From an uncultured Alphaproteobacteria bacterium (GTDB taxonomy: Bacteria; Pseudomonadota; Alphaproteobacteria; RF32; CAG-239), in the NCBI GenBank assembly GCA_944391495.1, contig CALXTU010000005.1, forward strand, positions 8,565-72,564: a stretch of DNA of 64,000 nucleotides, written 5' to 3'. Positions 1 to 9,266 of the stretch are shown here, in pieces; position 1 is the stretch's first letter, and each line of letters begins with the position of its first letter. The position numbers and the translations under genes are program-made. The notes below the pieces were generated by a model. It was not told the origin of the DNA, ran no database searches, and saw only the letters and a program-made list of their open reading frames with translations.

Positions 1-536
1 ACCAGCGATTTCTGAATTTCCATCAACTGGAACAATTCCTTATTGCTGGTGGTGTTGCGCAGATTATATTCAATGGAATCCGTCTTCCGGTTGATAATTT
101 TGAGATACCGCAAAAAGAACTGCGTTGATTTATACAAAATACTCAGCATCAGGTCGGTACGATTGCGGGTATCGAAAGTATCCGCCGTCGCCTTGGTAAA
201 AGAACCGATAATCCGATTCTCCCGCGGACACAGCGTGACAAAATTTTTCGGCGTAAACACCATAGAACACGGCACGGTGTCAAACTGTCCGTCATCATCT
301 AAAAGCGGCAGATTGACAATGACCATAAAATTCTGCCCCTCATGCTCAATACGCGACCTTTCGTCAATATCCAGCGAGCTCTTCAGGGCATCAACGTCCC
401 AGTTAATCCAGCCGGCGACTTTTTCCAACTCTTCGCCGCTGGGATTGATCATATTAATCCAGGATCCGGGGTAAAGCTTGTTTTTCTTGAGCTTAATGAG
501 TTTTTTCTGAGCATCTGTTTTACAAACCTTAAACAT
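1..536 (-). CDS. corA: CorA-family Mg2+ transporter (5' part; runs off window)
   Basis: Not in ORF track. Manual translation from ATG at 536: MFKVCKTDAQKKLIKLKKNKLYPGSWINMINPSGEELEKVA...LKSSLDIDERSRIEHEG...VIVNLP, a typical CorA N-terminus; GGAGG RBS upstream. Confidence 0.8.
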   Translation of the reverse strand, partial: MFKVCKTDAQKKLIKLKKNKLYPGSWINMINPSGEELEKVAGWINWDVDALKSSLDIDERSRIEHEGQNFMVIVNLPLLDDDGQFDTVPCSMVFTPKNFVTLCPRENRIIGSFTKATADTFDTRNRTDLMLSILYKSTQFFLRYLKIINRKTDSIEYNLRNTTSNKELFQLMEIQKSL

Positions 537-659
537 AGCCGTCCTCCCTCTTTTAACATCAAGAAAACCAAAAAATTAAATCAAAGGCAACTCCGTTGAA
601 CATAAAAAAAGCTTTATCTGGTGCCGATTTCCTTGCAAAATCCCTTAAGGGCTTTTGTT

Positions 660-745
660 TGGTGCGGCCAAGAAGACTTGAACTTCCACGGGCTTAGCCC
701 ATAACGACCTCAACGTTACGCGTCTACCAATTCCGCCATGGCCGC
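660..745 (-). tRNA. tRNA-Leu (GAG)
   Basis: Reverse complement GCGGCCATGGCGGAATTGGTAGACGCG-TAACG TTGAGGT CGTTA-...GGAAGTTCAAGTCTTCTTGGCCGCACCA; long variable arm, CCA end. Confidence 0.95.
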
Positions 746-877
746 TTTACAAAACCATTAAAGCTGTCCCTAGAGATAAAGCACAAATCAAAATTAATCA
801 AGCTTTTTTTGCTTATATGAAAAAAATTTTTAATTCTTATGAAAAAACAAGAGCGCTGCTTAAATTATTAATTACAG

Positions 878-910
878 AAAAAAGCCCCCTGTTTTAAAGG
901 GGGCTTTCTT
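878..910 (-). terminator. Intrinsic terminator of 927-1592
   Basis: AAAAAAGCCCCCT-gttttaa-AGGGGGCTTT hairpin with A/T tails. Confidence 0.8.
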
Positions 911-926
911 GCGAATGAAGCATTCA

Positions 927-1592
927 CTAATGTACCGTTACAGGACCTGATGTAGAAGTGCACGCCATGCATAAAGTGGCACCAAAAGAATTAGTGCACT
1001 CTTCTTTGGTTCCGCAGCGGTAGCAGGCGCCGTCGCTGCCTGTAACACCGGTTGATTTCATGCCATATTTGCAGGCGGCGGGAGGGCAAGCGGCGGCTGT
1101 GAAATATCCAGCGTTTATTGTAGCACAGGTTTTTTTGCTTGGTGTTGGATCTGCAACAGAGGGTCTTTCTGTACATTTACAGTATTGTTTCTTTATGGTT
1201 GTTACGCCACACATCATTTTAACTGTATTACCAGTACACCTCAGAAGGGCTTTGCAATCTATGTATCCATCATCAATGCACTCCCGTGCTTCGGCGCTGA
1301 AAGTACACTTATGATATGAATCGTTATACGGACAAGGTGTTTCTTCATATCCGGTTCCGCAACTTTTGGTGCTGGAATATCCGGCCTGTTTGCATTTGTA
1401 GATGCTTGAATTACAATATACGGCGTTTGTATCAAAGGGGCAATGCAGCATGGTTTCGCCGCTGCAATCGGCCTTCGTCATGACATAGCCCAACTCACTG
1501 CAAGTGGGTGGCACCGCGCAGTCAATGGCAGCTAAAGCTGACCCGCCCAATCCGATTAACGCCGCCCCGGCCATTAATAAATATTTCCTCAT
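927..1592 (-). CDS. Secreted Cys-rich protein, family member 1
   Basis: Signal peptide (ALA), N-module CAVPPTCSELGY-x6-CSG-x3-LHCPFD-x5-C, about 23 Cys, AAGGAG RBS. Confidence 0.85.
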   Translation of the reverse strand: MRKYLLMAGAALIGLGGSALAAIDCAVPPTCSELGYVMTKADCSGETMLHCPFDTNAVYCNSSIYKCKQAGYSSTKSCGTGYEETPCPYNDSYHKCTFSAEARECIDDGYIDCKALLRCTGNTVKMMCGVTTIKKQYCKCTERPSVADPTPSKKTCATINAGYFTAAACPPAACKYGMKSTGVTGSDGACYRCGTKEECTNSFGATLCMACTSTSGPVTVH

Positions 1593-1613
1593 CGCTTTTC
1601 TCCTTTTCTCTGC

Positions 1614-1638
1614 TGCAGCAAAACGTTCCTTTTTTTGC
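1614..1638. repeat. Pseudo-palindromic family site, copy A
   Basis: TGCAGCAAAA-CGTTCC-TTTTTTTGC; related copies at 1734, 60850 and 60951. Confidence 0.9.
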
Positions 1639-1712
1639 CGCCATTAAATATAGTATATCAGACATTGGTTAAAAAAGCAATAATTTCGTTTTTACAAATC
1701 TTTATCAAAATC
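1630..1712 (-). promoter_or_regulatory. Conserved 83-bp promoter block of the Cys-rich family (sigma70-like TTGCTT-17-TATACT)
   Basis: -35 at 1675-1680 and -10 at 1652-1657 on the minus strand; 77/83 identical to 60781-60863. Confidence 0.8.
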
Positions 1713-1733
1713 TGCTCCGCTTCTTTGAATTAA

Positions 1734-1758
1734 TGCAGCAAAACGTTCGTTTTTTTGC
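1734..1758. repeat. Pseudo-palindromic family site, copy B
   Basis: TGCAGCAAAA-CGTTCG-TTTTTTTGC, 24/25 direct repeat of copy A, 120 bp away. Confidence 0.9.
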
Positions 1759-1794
1759 ACTGCCGCTACCCGGAAACAAAAAGGAGTTTGTCAG

Positions 1795-2295
1795 ATGAAA
1801 AAACTTATTTTATCCTGCAGCTTATTAGCTTTAACCATGCCGGCCTACGCTGCCTTGGATTGTGATGTACTGCCGACTTGTGAAAAACTCGGCTATGCTT
1901 ATTCCGAAGAAAATTGCGAGGGACAACCGACGCTTAAATGTCCGTTTGACGATACGATGTTATATTGCCCCGAACCAATCAGTCCTGCCGAAAAATGCCT
2001 GGCTGAGGGATATTTCAAAGGGGTTTTATGTATTATCAGTCTAGGTCAACTCGAAGAATCTTGTCCGTATGATGACGACTATGGCAAATGTGTTCAATAC
2101 AGCTGCTCTGAAATCAACCGCTCATATTTTTCCGGTTATGAATGTTCATGTACATACGGTGCCTTATCCACCGGAATAACCGGTTCGGACGGCACATGCT
2201 ATCGATGCGGTACCAAAACAGAATGTAAGGTTGAGGATGATAATCCAAATGACAATCAACTCCCCCTCTCGCCATGTCGCATGTGTAAATTCTGA
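1795..2295 (+). CDS. Secreted Cys-rich protein, family member 2
   Basis: Signal peptide (AYA), CDVLPTCEKLGY-x6-CEG-x3-LKCPFD-x5-C; shares the STGxTGSDGxCYRCGTKxEC block with member 1; AAGGAG RBS. Confidence 0.85.
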   Translation: MKKLILSCSLLALTMPAYAALDCDVLPTCEKLGYAYSEENCEGQPTLKCPFDDTMLYCPEPISPAEKCLAEGYFKGVLCIISLGQLEESCPYDDDYGKCVQYSCSEINRSYFSGYECSCTYGALSTGITGSDGTCYRCGTKTECKVEDDNPNDNQLPLSPCRMCKF

Positions 2296-2312
2296 ATTTT
2301 CACCACACTGTA

Positions 2313-2344
2313 AAAAAATGCTGCTTGTACAAGCAGCATTTTTT
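2313..2344. terminator. 32-bp perfect palindrome / bidirectional terminator, copy 1
   Basis: AAAAAATGCTGCTTGTACAAGCAGCATTTTTT between convergent genes; identical copy at 7838. Confidence 0.85.
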
Positions 2345-2348
2345 CAGA

Positions 2349-4232
2349 TTAATTTTCCAGACCAAGCAGGCGGTATTTTACCCGGACGTCCATTGTCCTG
2401 GCATAGGCATTAATCAATGCGGCGGCTGCATTTTGCTCAAGGTCTTTGCGCATATGTGTATTGGCCGCTTCCAACTGCTGCGGGTTGTCTTCGGCATCAT
2501 GATTGATCACCCGGAGAGGCGAAACAATGGTGGTGATGCCGCCGGAAGACAAAACGGCATAGCCGCCGGTTGCGGTCTGAAACGCCTCAACCGCCTGCGC
2601 CGAATTCAGTTTGGCAAAGGTTTCGCCTTTTTTCAGCGGCGGCGTGGTCTTCAGACGCAGATTGAAGCGTTTGGCGATGTCGGCCAGATTTTCGCCGCTG
2701 TCCAGATCGGCAACAACGTCATTGACGATTTCCTGTGCAATGGCCGATTTTTCGTTCTCGGTCCAGATTTTGATGATTTCCGGTTTGACTTCGTCAATAT
2801 TTTTGAGCCGGGCATCTTCAATTCTGTCAACCGCGGCCAAGACGAATCCGTTTTCGGTCTCAATGGTCTGCGATACCTCATTTTCGTTATAAGAAAAAGC
2901 CGTATCCAGAAAATCGGCCGAAGTAACCAGATCAGCATAGGTCTTGTTGTTGAGAGAAGTGTAGCTTCCGTCTTCTTTCAGACCTTTGACCGAAAGAATT
3001 TTGGCGTCATATTCCTTGGCAATGGTTTTCAGATCAGCGCCGGCGCCGATTTTATCCTCAATGACGGTCATGATTTCCAAAGCCTCATCATAAGCGCGCT
3101 CCTGACGCAGCAGGCTGATAATTTTATCTTTAACCGCGGCCAAAGAAGTTTCCTTTTTCGGCGTAACGGCAATAACTTTAAGAATATGCCAGCCGAATTC
3201 GGAGTTCAACGGACCGACGACATCGTTTAATTTGGCGTCAAATACCTCGGTTGCCAGTTCCGGCAACAGCGAATCGGCCGTAACTTCTCCTAAAGCCGTC
3301 GTTTCTTTATCCTGGCCGGCTTTATCGGCGGCAACCTGATAAAAATCGCTGCCGCTTTGCAGAAGTTTGTATGCCGCTTCAGCCTCTGCCTCGTTATCAA
3401 ACACCATTTGCAGGACTTCGCGTTTTTCCGGAATGACATAATCGGCAATGTTGTCCTGATAGAAAGCCTTGATTTCGTCATCTGAAGGCGTGATGTTGCG
3501 AGTCAGATCGGCTATTTTGAGTTCAATGAACGAAACATCGCGCTTTTCGGCCTCTTCAAACTGCGGGGCAAAGTCCTCGTAATATTGCTCAATTTCTTCG
3601 TCGGAAATATCGCGGTCTATTTTGAGGCTGGCCGGATTGACGGAGATGTAGTCAAAAATCTTCTGCTGATTTTCAATCCGGGTGATGTAGCGGTTCATAA
3701 ACTGCGGGAAAATGATGCCTTCAACCGGCGATGAAACCAGGTGGCGGCTTAAAATGCTCTGACGGAGATCATTGATATATTCCTGCTCGCTCATATCAAA
3801 GTATGACAGCTGCCGGCGCAAAAGTTCCGGGCTGAAACGGCCGGAAGCGTCCATAAATTCGGGCTGGGAGGAAATAATCTGCTGGATAAGCTCGTCGGAA
3901 ATGCTGACGTTTTCTTTTTGTGCCTCACGGGCAATAATCATATCGGTCAGGTTTTGTTTGACCAGTCCGGCCAAAATATCTTTGCGCATTTCGTCGTCAA
4001 CGGTTACGGCATCGCCGAACATGTTTTGGGTTTTGCGGATATTTTCCTGCAGTTTGACGTTCATTTCGTCCTGCAGTATTTCCATATTGTCTACCTTGAT
4101 GACGGCGCGGTTCTTGCCGGCAGAGCTGACATAGCCGGAAATTCCGAACAGCGACATAAAGCTTAAGGCCGTCAGTGCCAAAATGGCTTTGGTGAGCCAT
4201 GAATTTTGGTATTTTCTGATTTTGCTGATCAT
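2349..4232 (-). CDS. ppiD: PpiD / SurA-N peptidyl-prolyl isomerase
   Basis: N-terminal TM, SurA_N region, rotamase motif GPLNSEFGWHILKV; divergent from tpiA as in alphaproteobacteria. Confidence 0.85.
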   Translation of the reverse strand: MISKIRKYQNSWLTKAILALTALSFMSLFGISGYVSSAGKNRAVIKVDNMEILQDEMNVKLQENIRKTQNMFGDAVTVDDEMRKDILAGLVKQNLTDMIIAREAQKENVSISDELIQQIISSQPEFMDASGRFSPELLRRQLSYFDMSEQEYINDLRQSILSRHLVSSPVEGIIFPQFMNRYITRIENQQKIFDYISVNPASLKIDRDISDEEIEQYYEDFAPQFEEAEKRDVSFIELKIADLTRNITPSDDEIKAFYQDNIADYVIPEKREVLQMVFDNEAEAEAAYKLLQSGSDFYQVAADKAGQDKETTALGEVTADSLLPELATEVFDAKLNDVVGPLNSEFGWHILKVIAVTPKKETSLAAVKDKIISLLRQERAYDEALEIMTVIEDKIGAGADLKTIAKEYDAKILSVKGLKEDGSYTSLNNKTYADLVTSADFLDTAFSYNENEVSQTIETENGFVLAAVDRIEDARLKNIDEVKPEIIKIWTENEKSAIAQEIVNDVVADLDSGENLADIAKRFNLRLKTTPPLKKGETFAKLNSAQAVEAFQTATGGYAVLSSGGITTIVSPLRVINHDAEDNPQQLEAANTHMRKDLEQNAAAALINAYARTMDVRVKYRLLGLEN

Positions 4233-4391
4233 TTTATTCTTATCCCTAAATGCAAAAATACTTATAATTGCTGCTGATTATAATCATTTTATTATTTTAT
4301 ACAACTACTCAAATATTGGTGTTGAAAAGTTTTTCCGACTATGCTAGAAAAAGGATAATTTGTAACGTCCAAATACGGAAGGATTTTGAAA

Positions 4392-5150
4392 ATGGCTCGA
4401 AAAATGATGATTGCCGGAAACTGGAAAATGAACGGATTGTCCGCAGACGGCGCCGCTTTGGCCAAGGATGTTGCCTTGGCGGTTAAGGCCAAAAAAAGAA
4501 CTTGCGAATTTGTGGTTTGTCCGCCGTTTACAATTCTGGCGGTTGTTAAAAAAGCTTTGCGCGGCGCCAAGGTTGCTTTGGGCGCGCAGGACTGCCATTT
4601 TGACGAAAAAGGCGCTCATACCGGTGATATCAGTCCGCTGATGCTGACGGACGCAGGGTGTTCTTATGTTATTTTGGGACATTCGGAACGCCGTGCCGAC
4701 CACGGCGAAAGCAATGCTCTGATCTGCCGCAAAGCCGAGGCGGCGCATAAGGCCGGTTTGAAAACGATTATCTGCATCGGCGAAACGCTGGGGCAGCGCG
4801 AGGCCGGCGAAACGATTGACGTTTGCTCCAAACAGATTCTCGGTTCGGTTCCGGACAGCGCGACGGCGGCCGACACGGTGATTGCTTATGAGCCGGTCTG
4901 GGCCATCGGCACCGGAAAGACGCCGACGGCACAAGATGTTGAAGACGTCCATATGGCGGTGCGTAAAGTTTTGGCTAAAAAGCTCGGCAAAGCCCAGGCC
5001 AATAAAATGCGCATTTTGTACGGCGGATCGGTAAAACCGGGCAACGCCAAAGAGCTGCTCGGACTGCCGGATGTTGACGGCGCGCTGGTCGGCGGTGCCA
5101 GTCTGAAGGCGGCTGATTTTATGGCAATTGCCGATAATGCCGGCTGCTAA
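4392..5150 (+). CDS. tpiA: Triosephosphate isomerase
   Basis: [30 protein letters not shown]. Confidence 0.98.
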   Translation: MARKMMIAGNWKMNGLSADGAALAKDVALAVKAKKRTCEFVVCPPFTILAVVKKALRGAKVALGAQDCHFDEKGAHTGDISPLMLTDAGCSYVILGHSERRADHGESNALICRKAEAAHKAGLKTIICIGETLGQREAGETIDVCSKQILGSVPDSATAADTVIAYEPVWAIGTGKTPTAQDVEDVHMAVRKVLAKKLGKAQANKMRILYGGSVKPGNAKELLGLPDVDGALVGGASLKAADFMAIADNAGC

Positions 5151-5180
5151 AATATGGATTTTTGAGAAAAGGAAGAAAAA

Positions 5181-5513
5181 ATGGGAACAGTTTTATTGGT
5201 TATTCACCTGCTGGTATGTATTTTGCTGGTGGCCTGTATTTTGATGCAGCGCTCGACCGGCGGCGCGCTTGACGGTTTGGGCGGCGGCTCCGGCGCTTCA
5301 AACTTTTTGAGCGTACGCGGCACCGGAAACCTTTTGACCCGGACAACGGCGATATTGGCAACGTTGTTGTTTGTCACCAGTATTTCGTTGGCATTGTATT
5401 ACCGTGGTGAGGCCAAACCCCGGGAATCGCTGATTGACAAGGCGGCGGCCGAACAAACGGTTCCGGCGGCTCCGGCAGCGGAAACACCGGAAGTTCCGAC
5501 GGCGGAAAAATAA
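5181..5513 (+). CDS. secG: Preprotein translocase SecG
   Basis: Two TMs, LMQRSTGG...NLLTRTTAILA; tpiA-secG-pyrG synteny. Confidence 0.92.
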   Translation: MGTVLLVIHLLVCILLVACILMQRSTGGALDGLGGGSGASNFLSVRGTGNLLTRTTAILATLLFVTSISLALYYRGEAKPRESLIDKAAAEQTVPAAPAAETPEVPTAEK

Positions 5514-5607
5514 ATGTTGCGGAAGCTGAAATGATACGGAGGCATCTTCTCAAAAAAGGGAAGGTGCCTCCATCACTTTTACAAATCATGGGATAAGGGA
5601 TAACAAA

Positions 5608-7245
5608 ATGTCTGAAAATACAAAATTCGTTTTTATAACCGGCGGCGTAGTTTCTTCATTGGGCAAAGGACTGGCCTCTGCCTCGCTGGCGTCTATTTTG
5701 CAGGCGCGCGGTTTTAAGGTCAGGATGCGCAAGCTTGATCCGTATCTGAACGTTGATCCGGGAACCATGAGCCCGTATCAGCACGGCGAAGTTTTTGTTA
5801 CCGACGACGGCGCGGAAACGGATTTGGACCTCGGGCATTACGAGCGGTTTTCCGGTGTACCGTGCCATAAGACCGACAGCGTTACCACCGGCAAAATCTA
5901 TCAGCGGGTGATTGACAAAGAACGCCATGGTGATTATCTGGGCGCGACGATACAGGTTATTCCCCATGTGACCAACGAGATTAAGAATTTTATTTTGTCG
6001 GATATCAGCGACGAGGATTTTGTGTTGTGCGAGATCGGCGGCACGGTCGGCGATATTGAAGGACAGCCCTATCTGGAAGCTATTCGGCAGGTGGCTTATG
6101 AACTGGGGCGCGAACGCTCAATGTTTATTCATGTGACGCTGCTGCCGTATATTCCGACGGCCGGCGAGCTTAAAACCAAGCCGACCCAGCACTCGGTTAA
6201 GAAACTGCAGGAATACGGAATTCAGCCGGATATGCTTTTGTGTCGTTCGCAGATGCCCATTCCGCAGAATGAAAAACGCAAGATAGCACTGTTTTGCAAT
6301 ATTCGCGAAGAAAACGTCATTACGGCGCTGGACGTCAGCAGTATTTATCAGGTGCCGATTGCTTATTCGCGCGAGGGAATGGACAAAGGCGTCTGCCGGC
6401 ATTTCGGCATTGCCTGCGACAATGACGCCGATTTGAGCAAATGGGAAGATATTTTGGAAAAAATCCGCCATCCGGAAGGAGAGGTCAGAATCGCGGTGGT
6501 CGGCAAATATACTAAACTTCTGGAGGCCTATAAGTCTTTGAACGAGGCTTTGACGCACGGCGGTATTGCCAACAAATATAAAGTTAAAATCAAATGGGTT
6601 GATTCCGAGCTTTTGGAAACGGAAGGCGCCGATGAATATTTGAACGACATAAGCGGTATTCTGGTTCCGGGAGGCTTCGGCCAGCGCGGTACGGAGGGAA
6701 AAATTGCGGCAATCCGTTATGCTAGAGAGCATAAAATTCCGTTTTTGGGCATTTGCCTCGGTATGCAGATGGCTGTGATTGAAACCATGCGCAATGTGGC
6801 GGGTATCAAAAATGCCGGCACAACAGAATTTGATCCGGACTGCGAGCCGGTTATCGGTCTGATGACCGAATGGGATAAGGAAGGTGCCAAAGAAATCCGC
6901 CACAAAGACGGGGATTTGGGCGGGACAATGCGGCTCGGTGCTTATGAATGTGTGCTGGTGCCGAATTCTCTGACCGCCAAAATTTACGGCAAAGAGAGAA
7001 TATCCGAACGTCATCGCCACAGATACGAACTGAATATGAGGTATGAAGAAACGCTGCGGCGTTCGGGTATGGATATCGTCGGTAAATCGCCGGACGGAAA
7101 ATTGCCGGAGATTGTTGAAATCAAAGATCATCCGTGGTTTATCGGCGTGCAGTTTCATCCAGAGCTGAAGTCGCGTCCGTTTGATCCGGCGCCGTTATTT
7201 GTTTCTTTTGTTAAAGCAGCTATTGACAAAAGCCGGTTGATTTAA
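5608..7245 (+). CDS. pyrG: CTP synthase
   Basis: [31 protein letters not shown]. Confidence 0.98.
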   Translation: MSENTKFVFITGGVVSSLGKGLASASLASILQARGFKVRMRKLDPYLNVDPGTMSPYQHGEVFVTDDGAETDLDLGHYERFSGVPCHKTDSVTTGKIYQRVIDKERHGDYLGATIQVIPHVTNEIKNFILSDISDEDFVLCEIGGTVGDIEGQPYLEAIRQVAYELGRERSMFIHVTLLPYIPTAGELKTKPTQHSVKKLQEYGIQPDMLLCRSQMPIPQNEKRKIALFCNIREENVITALDVSSIYQVPIAYSREGMDKGVCRHFGIACDNDADLSKWEDILEKIRHPEGEVRIAVVGKYTKLLEAYKSLNEALTHGGIANKYKVKIKWVDSELLETEGADEYLNDISGILVPGGFGQRGTEGKIAAIRYAREHKIPFLGICLGMQMAVIETMRNVAGIKNAGTTEFDPDCEPVIGLMTEWDKEGAKEIRHKDGDLGGTMRLGAYECVLVPNSLTAKIYGKERISERHRHRYELNMRYEETLRRSGMDIVGKSPDGKLPEIVEIKDHPWFIGVQFHPELKSRPFDPAPLFVSFVKAAIDKSRLI

Positions 7246-7290
7246 TACATAGGTTACAACTAATATTTAATATAAGCAAAGAAAGAACCG

Positions 7291-7839
7291 ATGAAAAAGT
7301 TATTTGCCTGCACGTTTGCATTGTGGCTGACGGCCGGGACGGCCGCTGCCGGCTGGCTTGAAGACTGGGGCAGACAAACCTGGGAAGAAGCCAAATATGT
7401 GTGGCGCTCCGATCATTATGATATGTATGTGCCGCTGTATGCCTGGCACAACCGGCTGGCGTATGATGACGAGCATATTGCCAAATATAATGAAAATGCA
7501 TTCGGCTTCGGGCTGGGCAAATCGGTTTATGACGAGGCCGGCAACTGGTACGGGTTGTATGCCTTTGCGTTTAAGGATTCCAATTATGAGCTGGAAACGG
7601 TGGCCGGTTTTGCGTATCAGAAAAACTGGAGTCTGGATCCGGACGGCAACTGGAAAGCGGGAATCGGCTACACCATCGGCATGACCCAGCGTGAGGAATA
7701 TGCCTATATTCCGATACCGATGCCGCTGCCGATTGCCGGAATCGAATATAAGCGTCTGGCACTGCAGACGGCATATGTGCCGGGGCTGAAGAATTTCGGC
7801 AATGTGATGCTTTTTTGGCTGAGATTTAATCTGGATTAA
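7291..7839 (+). CDS. pagP: Lipid A palmitoyltransferase PagP
   Basis: YDMYVP..WHNRLAYD...YNE..G.GLG...GNWYGLYAFAFKDS matches PagP including catalytic His and Asp-Ser; signal peptide. Confidence 0.88.
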   Translation: MKKLFACTFALWLTAGTAAAGWLEDWGRQTWEEAKYVWRSDHYDMYVPLYAWHNRLAYDDEHIAKYNENAFGFGLGKSVYDEAGNWYGLYAFAFKDSNYELETVAGFAYQKNWSLDPDGNWKAGIGYTIGMTQREEYAYIPIPMPLPIAGIEYKRLALQTAYVPGLKNFGNVMLFWLRFNLD

Positions 7840-7869
7840 AAAATGCTGCTTGTACAAGCAGCATTTTTT
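7838..7869. terminator. 32-bp perfect palindrome / bidirectional terminator, copy 2
   Basis: Identical to 2313-2344. Confidence 0.85.
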
Positions 7870-7919
7870 GTAACAAGAAAACTACCGGCTAGGCCGGTGG
7901 GTCCCTTTTTCTTTGCCGA

Positions 7920-8810
7920 TTATCCGATATCAGATACCGAACCGCAACTGCCGCAACTGCCGCAGCCGTTACAAATAAGCCGGCTGCCGCATATATCACA
8001 ACGCGGCTTAAAAAACGGCCGATATAGATTTTCGCCGAACAATTCCGTCTGTCCGGTTTTTGTCAATTTAAAATCAATCCGGCGCCCCCGGTGCTGCAAA
8101 CCGGAGCGATATGCCTGCTCGCTTTGCAGGCGTTTATCCGGCAGACGGTATGTCTTGCCATCTTTGACAAACACCGTTCCCGTTTCAATAAAGGCAAACG
8201 TTACATCAGCCGCCCGGCATTCGTCATAAAGCTTCTTCACCCATTCATATCGGAGCGGTCTGGCGCCGTCATAATTCTCGCCGCCGGCAATCACCTGCTC
8301 TATTTGTCCGGCCGACAGATACGCCGCAATACTGACCGGCCCGATAAACGGCGCCGCCATAATTCCTTTGTGTTTAAAAGGCAACTCAAGCAGCAGCGGG
8401 ATTCTCTCATCCGCCATCTGCTGATTTTCGCAGGTAACGTTAAAGAAAATATTTTCCCAGCCGTCGTTCCAACCCTCCGGCAGACACTGCCGCACCCTTT
8501 CCGGCCGTTTGGTCAAAAGATAAAAAACCACGTCCGGCCGGCGGCGCATGATATCCCAGGCCTCATTGCGCCATTTGTCAGCCTCCTCCAAAAAGAAGTC
8601 CGACGTCATACACACCCTGATCTGCTCGCCGCTTTTAATTTTATAGGCGCCGTTTTTGTTCTTATGCAGCGGATAATCAAAATTATTTTTAACCTTAAAA
8701 ACAACAGACCCGTCCATATGGCGCTGCCTGTCCAAAAAATACATATAGCAATGGCGGCAGCCTTCGCTTTTTTTGACGCATCCGTGCCAGGGATTCCAAA
8801 TATCATGCAT
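7920..8810 (-). CDS. DUF5131 (phage Gp37/Gp68-like) radical-SAM-like protein
   Basis: WNPWHGC..SEGC.HCY, TSDFF, LLTKRPER, GGEN; C-terminal Cys cluster. Confidence 0.85.
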   Translation of the reverse strand: MHDIWNPWHGCVKKSEGCRHCYMYFLDRQRHMDGSVVFKVKNNFDYPLHKNKNGAYKIKSGEQIRVCMTSDFFLEEADKWRNEAWDIMRRRPDVVFYLLTKRPERVRQCLPEGWNDGWENIFFNVTCENQQMADERIPLLLELPFKHKGIMAAPFIGPVSIAAYLSAGQIEQVIAGGENYDGARPLRYEWVKKLYDECRAADVTFAFIETGTVFVKDGKTYRLPDKRLQSEQAYRSGLQHRGRRIDFKLTKTGQTELFGENLYRPFFKPRCDICGSRLICNGCGSCGSCGSVSDIG

Positions 8811-8926
8811 TCTTCAACTCTGCCGTGGTTTTACCGATATACAAACGCTAAAAAACCGGCGCGGAATCCGTCACAATACGTTTTTCCGAGCCGGCAGGTA
8901 ATCGCGCAAATTTTTCGCTTAAAGTC

Positions 8927-9139
8927 TCAGGCGATAATATTCGGCATAATTCTGGCTTCAACTGCCTTAATTTTCTGTTTGACTCCTGATTTAAGGCTGT
9001 TAAGCTGTTTTGCCTGAAAGAAATCGATCGTCCGGTTGTTCTTTACCAGATGCCGGATATCCGAACGCACCCGGCGTTCCTCCAGTTTCAGCTCACAAAG
9101 CTGCTGCAGCAGACGGGTATTCGGGTTTTGATTTAACAT
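8927..9139 (-). CDS. DUF465 / YdcH-like small coiled-coil protein
   Basis: C-terminus LK...K.KI..VE.RIMPNIIA resembles the alphaproteobacterial DUF465 PDIIA end. Confidence 0.6.
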   Translation of the reverse strand: MLNQNPNTRLLQQLCELKLEERRVRSDIRHLVKNNRTIDFFQAKQLNSLKSGVKQKIKAVEARIMPNIIA

Positions 9140-9266
9140 TAAATTAACGTCCTTTCGATAAAAAATCTTATTAAATCACATTTTTTTCTGGAAAATATTT
9201 CTTAAATCTGTATTAGTATACACCAAAACAATTTAATTTGCAACCTTAAAAGGGAGTCTTGATAGA

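Noticed and set aside
537-659. M-box or other metal riboswitch upstream of corA
   Set aside because: Too short and lacks recognisable ykoK consensus blocks; part of it is the tRNA terminator.
1614-1758. 25-bp direct repeats as a mini CRISPR array
   Set aside because: Only two repeats, a 95-bp spacer containing a promoter, and no cas genes.
2325-8229. Long antisense ORFs (2325-3230, 6118-7158, 7300-7857) and ORFs starting MYKQHF or MLLVQAAFF
   Set aside because: They are shadows of real genes; the shared starts come from translating the repeated 32-bp palindrome.
9133-9148. CtrA box TTAA-N7-TTAAC at the DUF465 start codon
   Set aside because: A perfect match, but in very AT-rich DNA overlapping the ATG with no supporting context.
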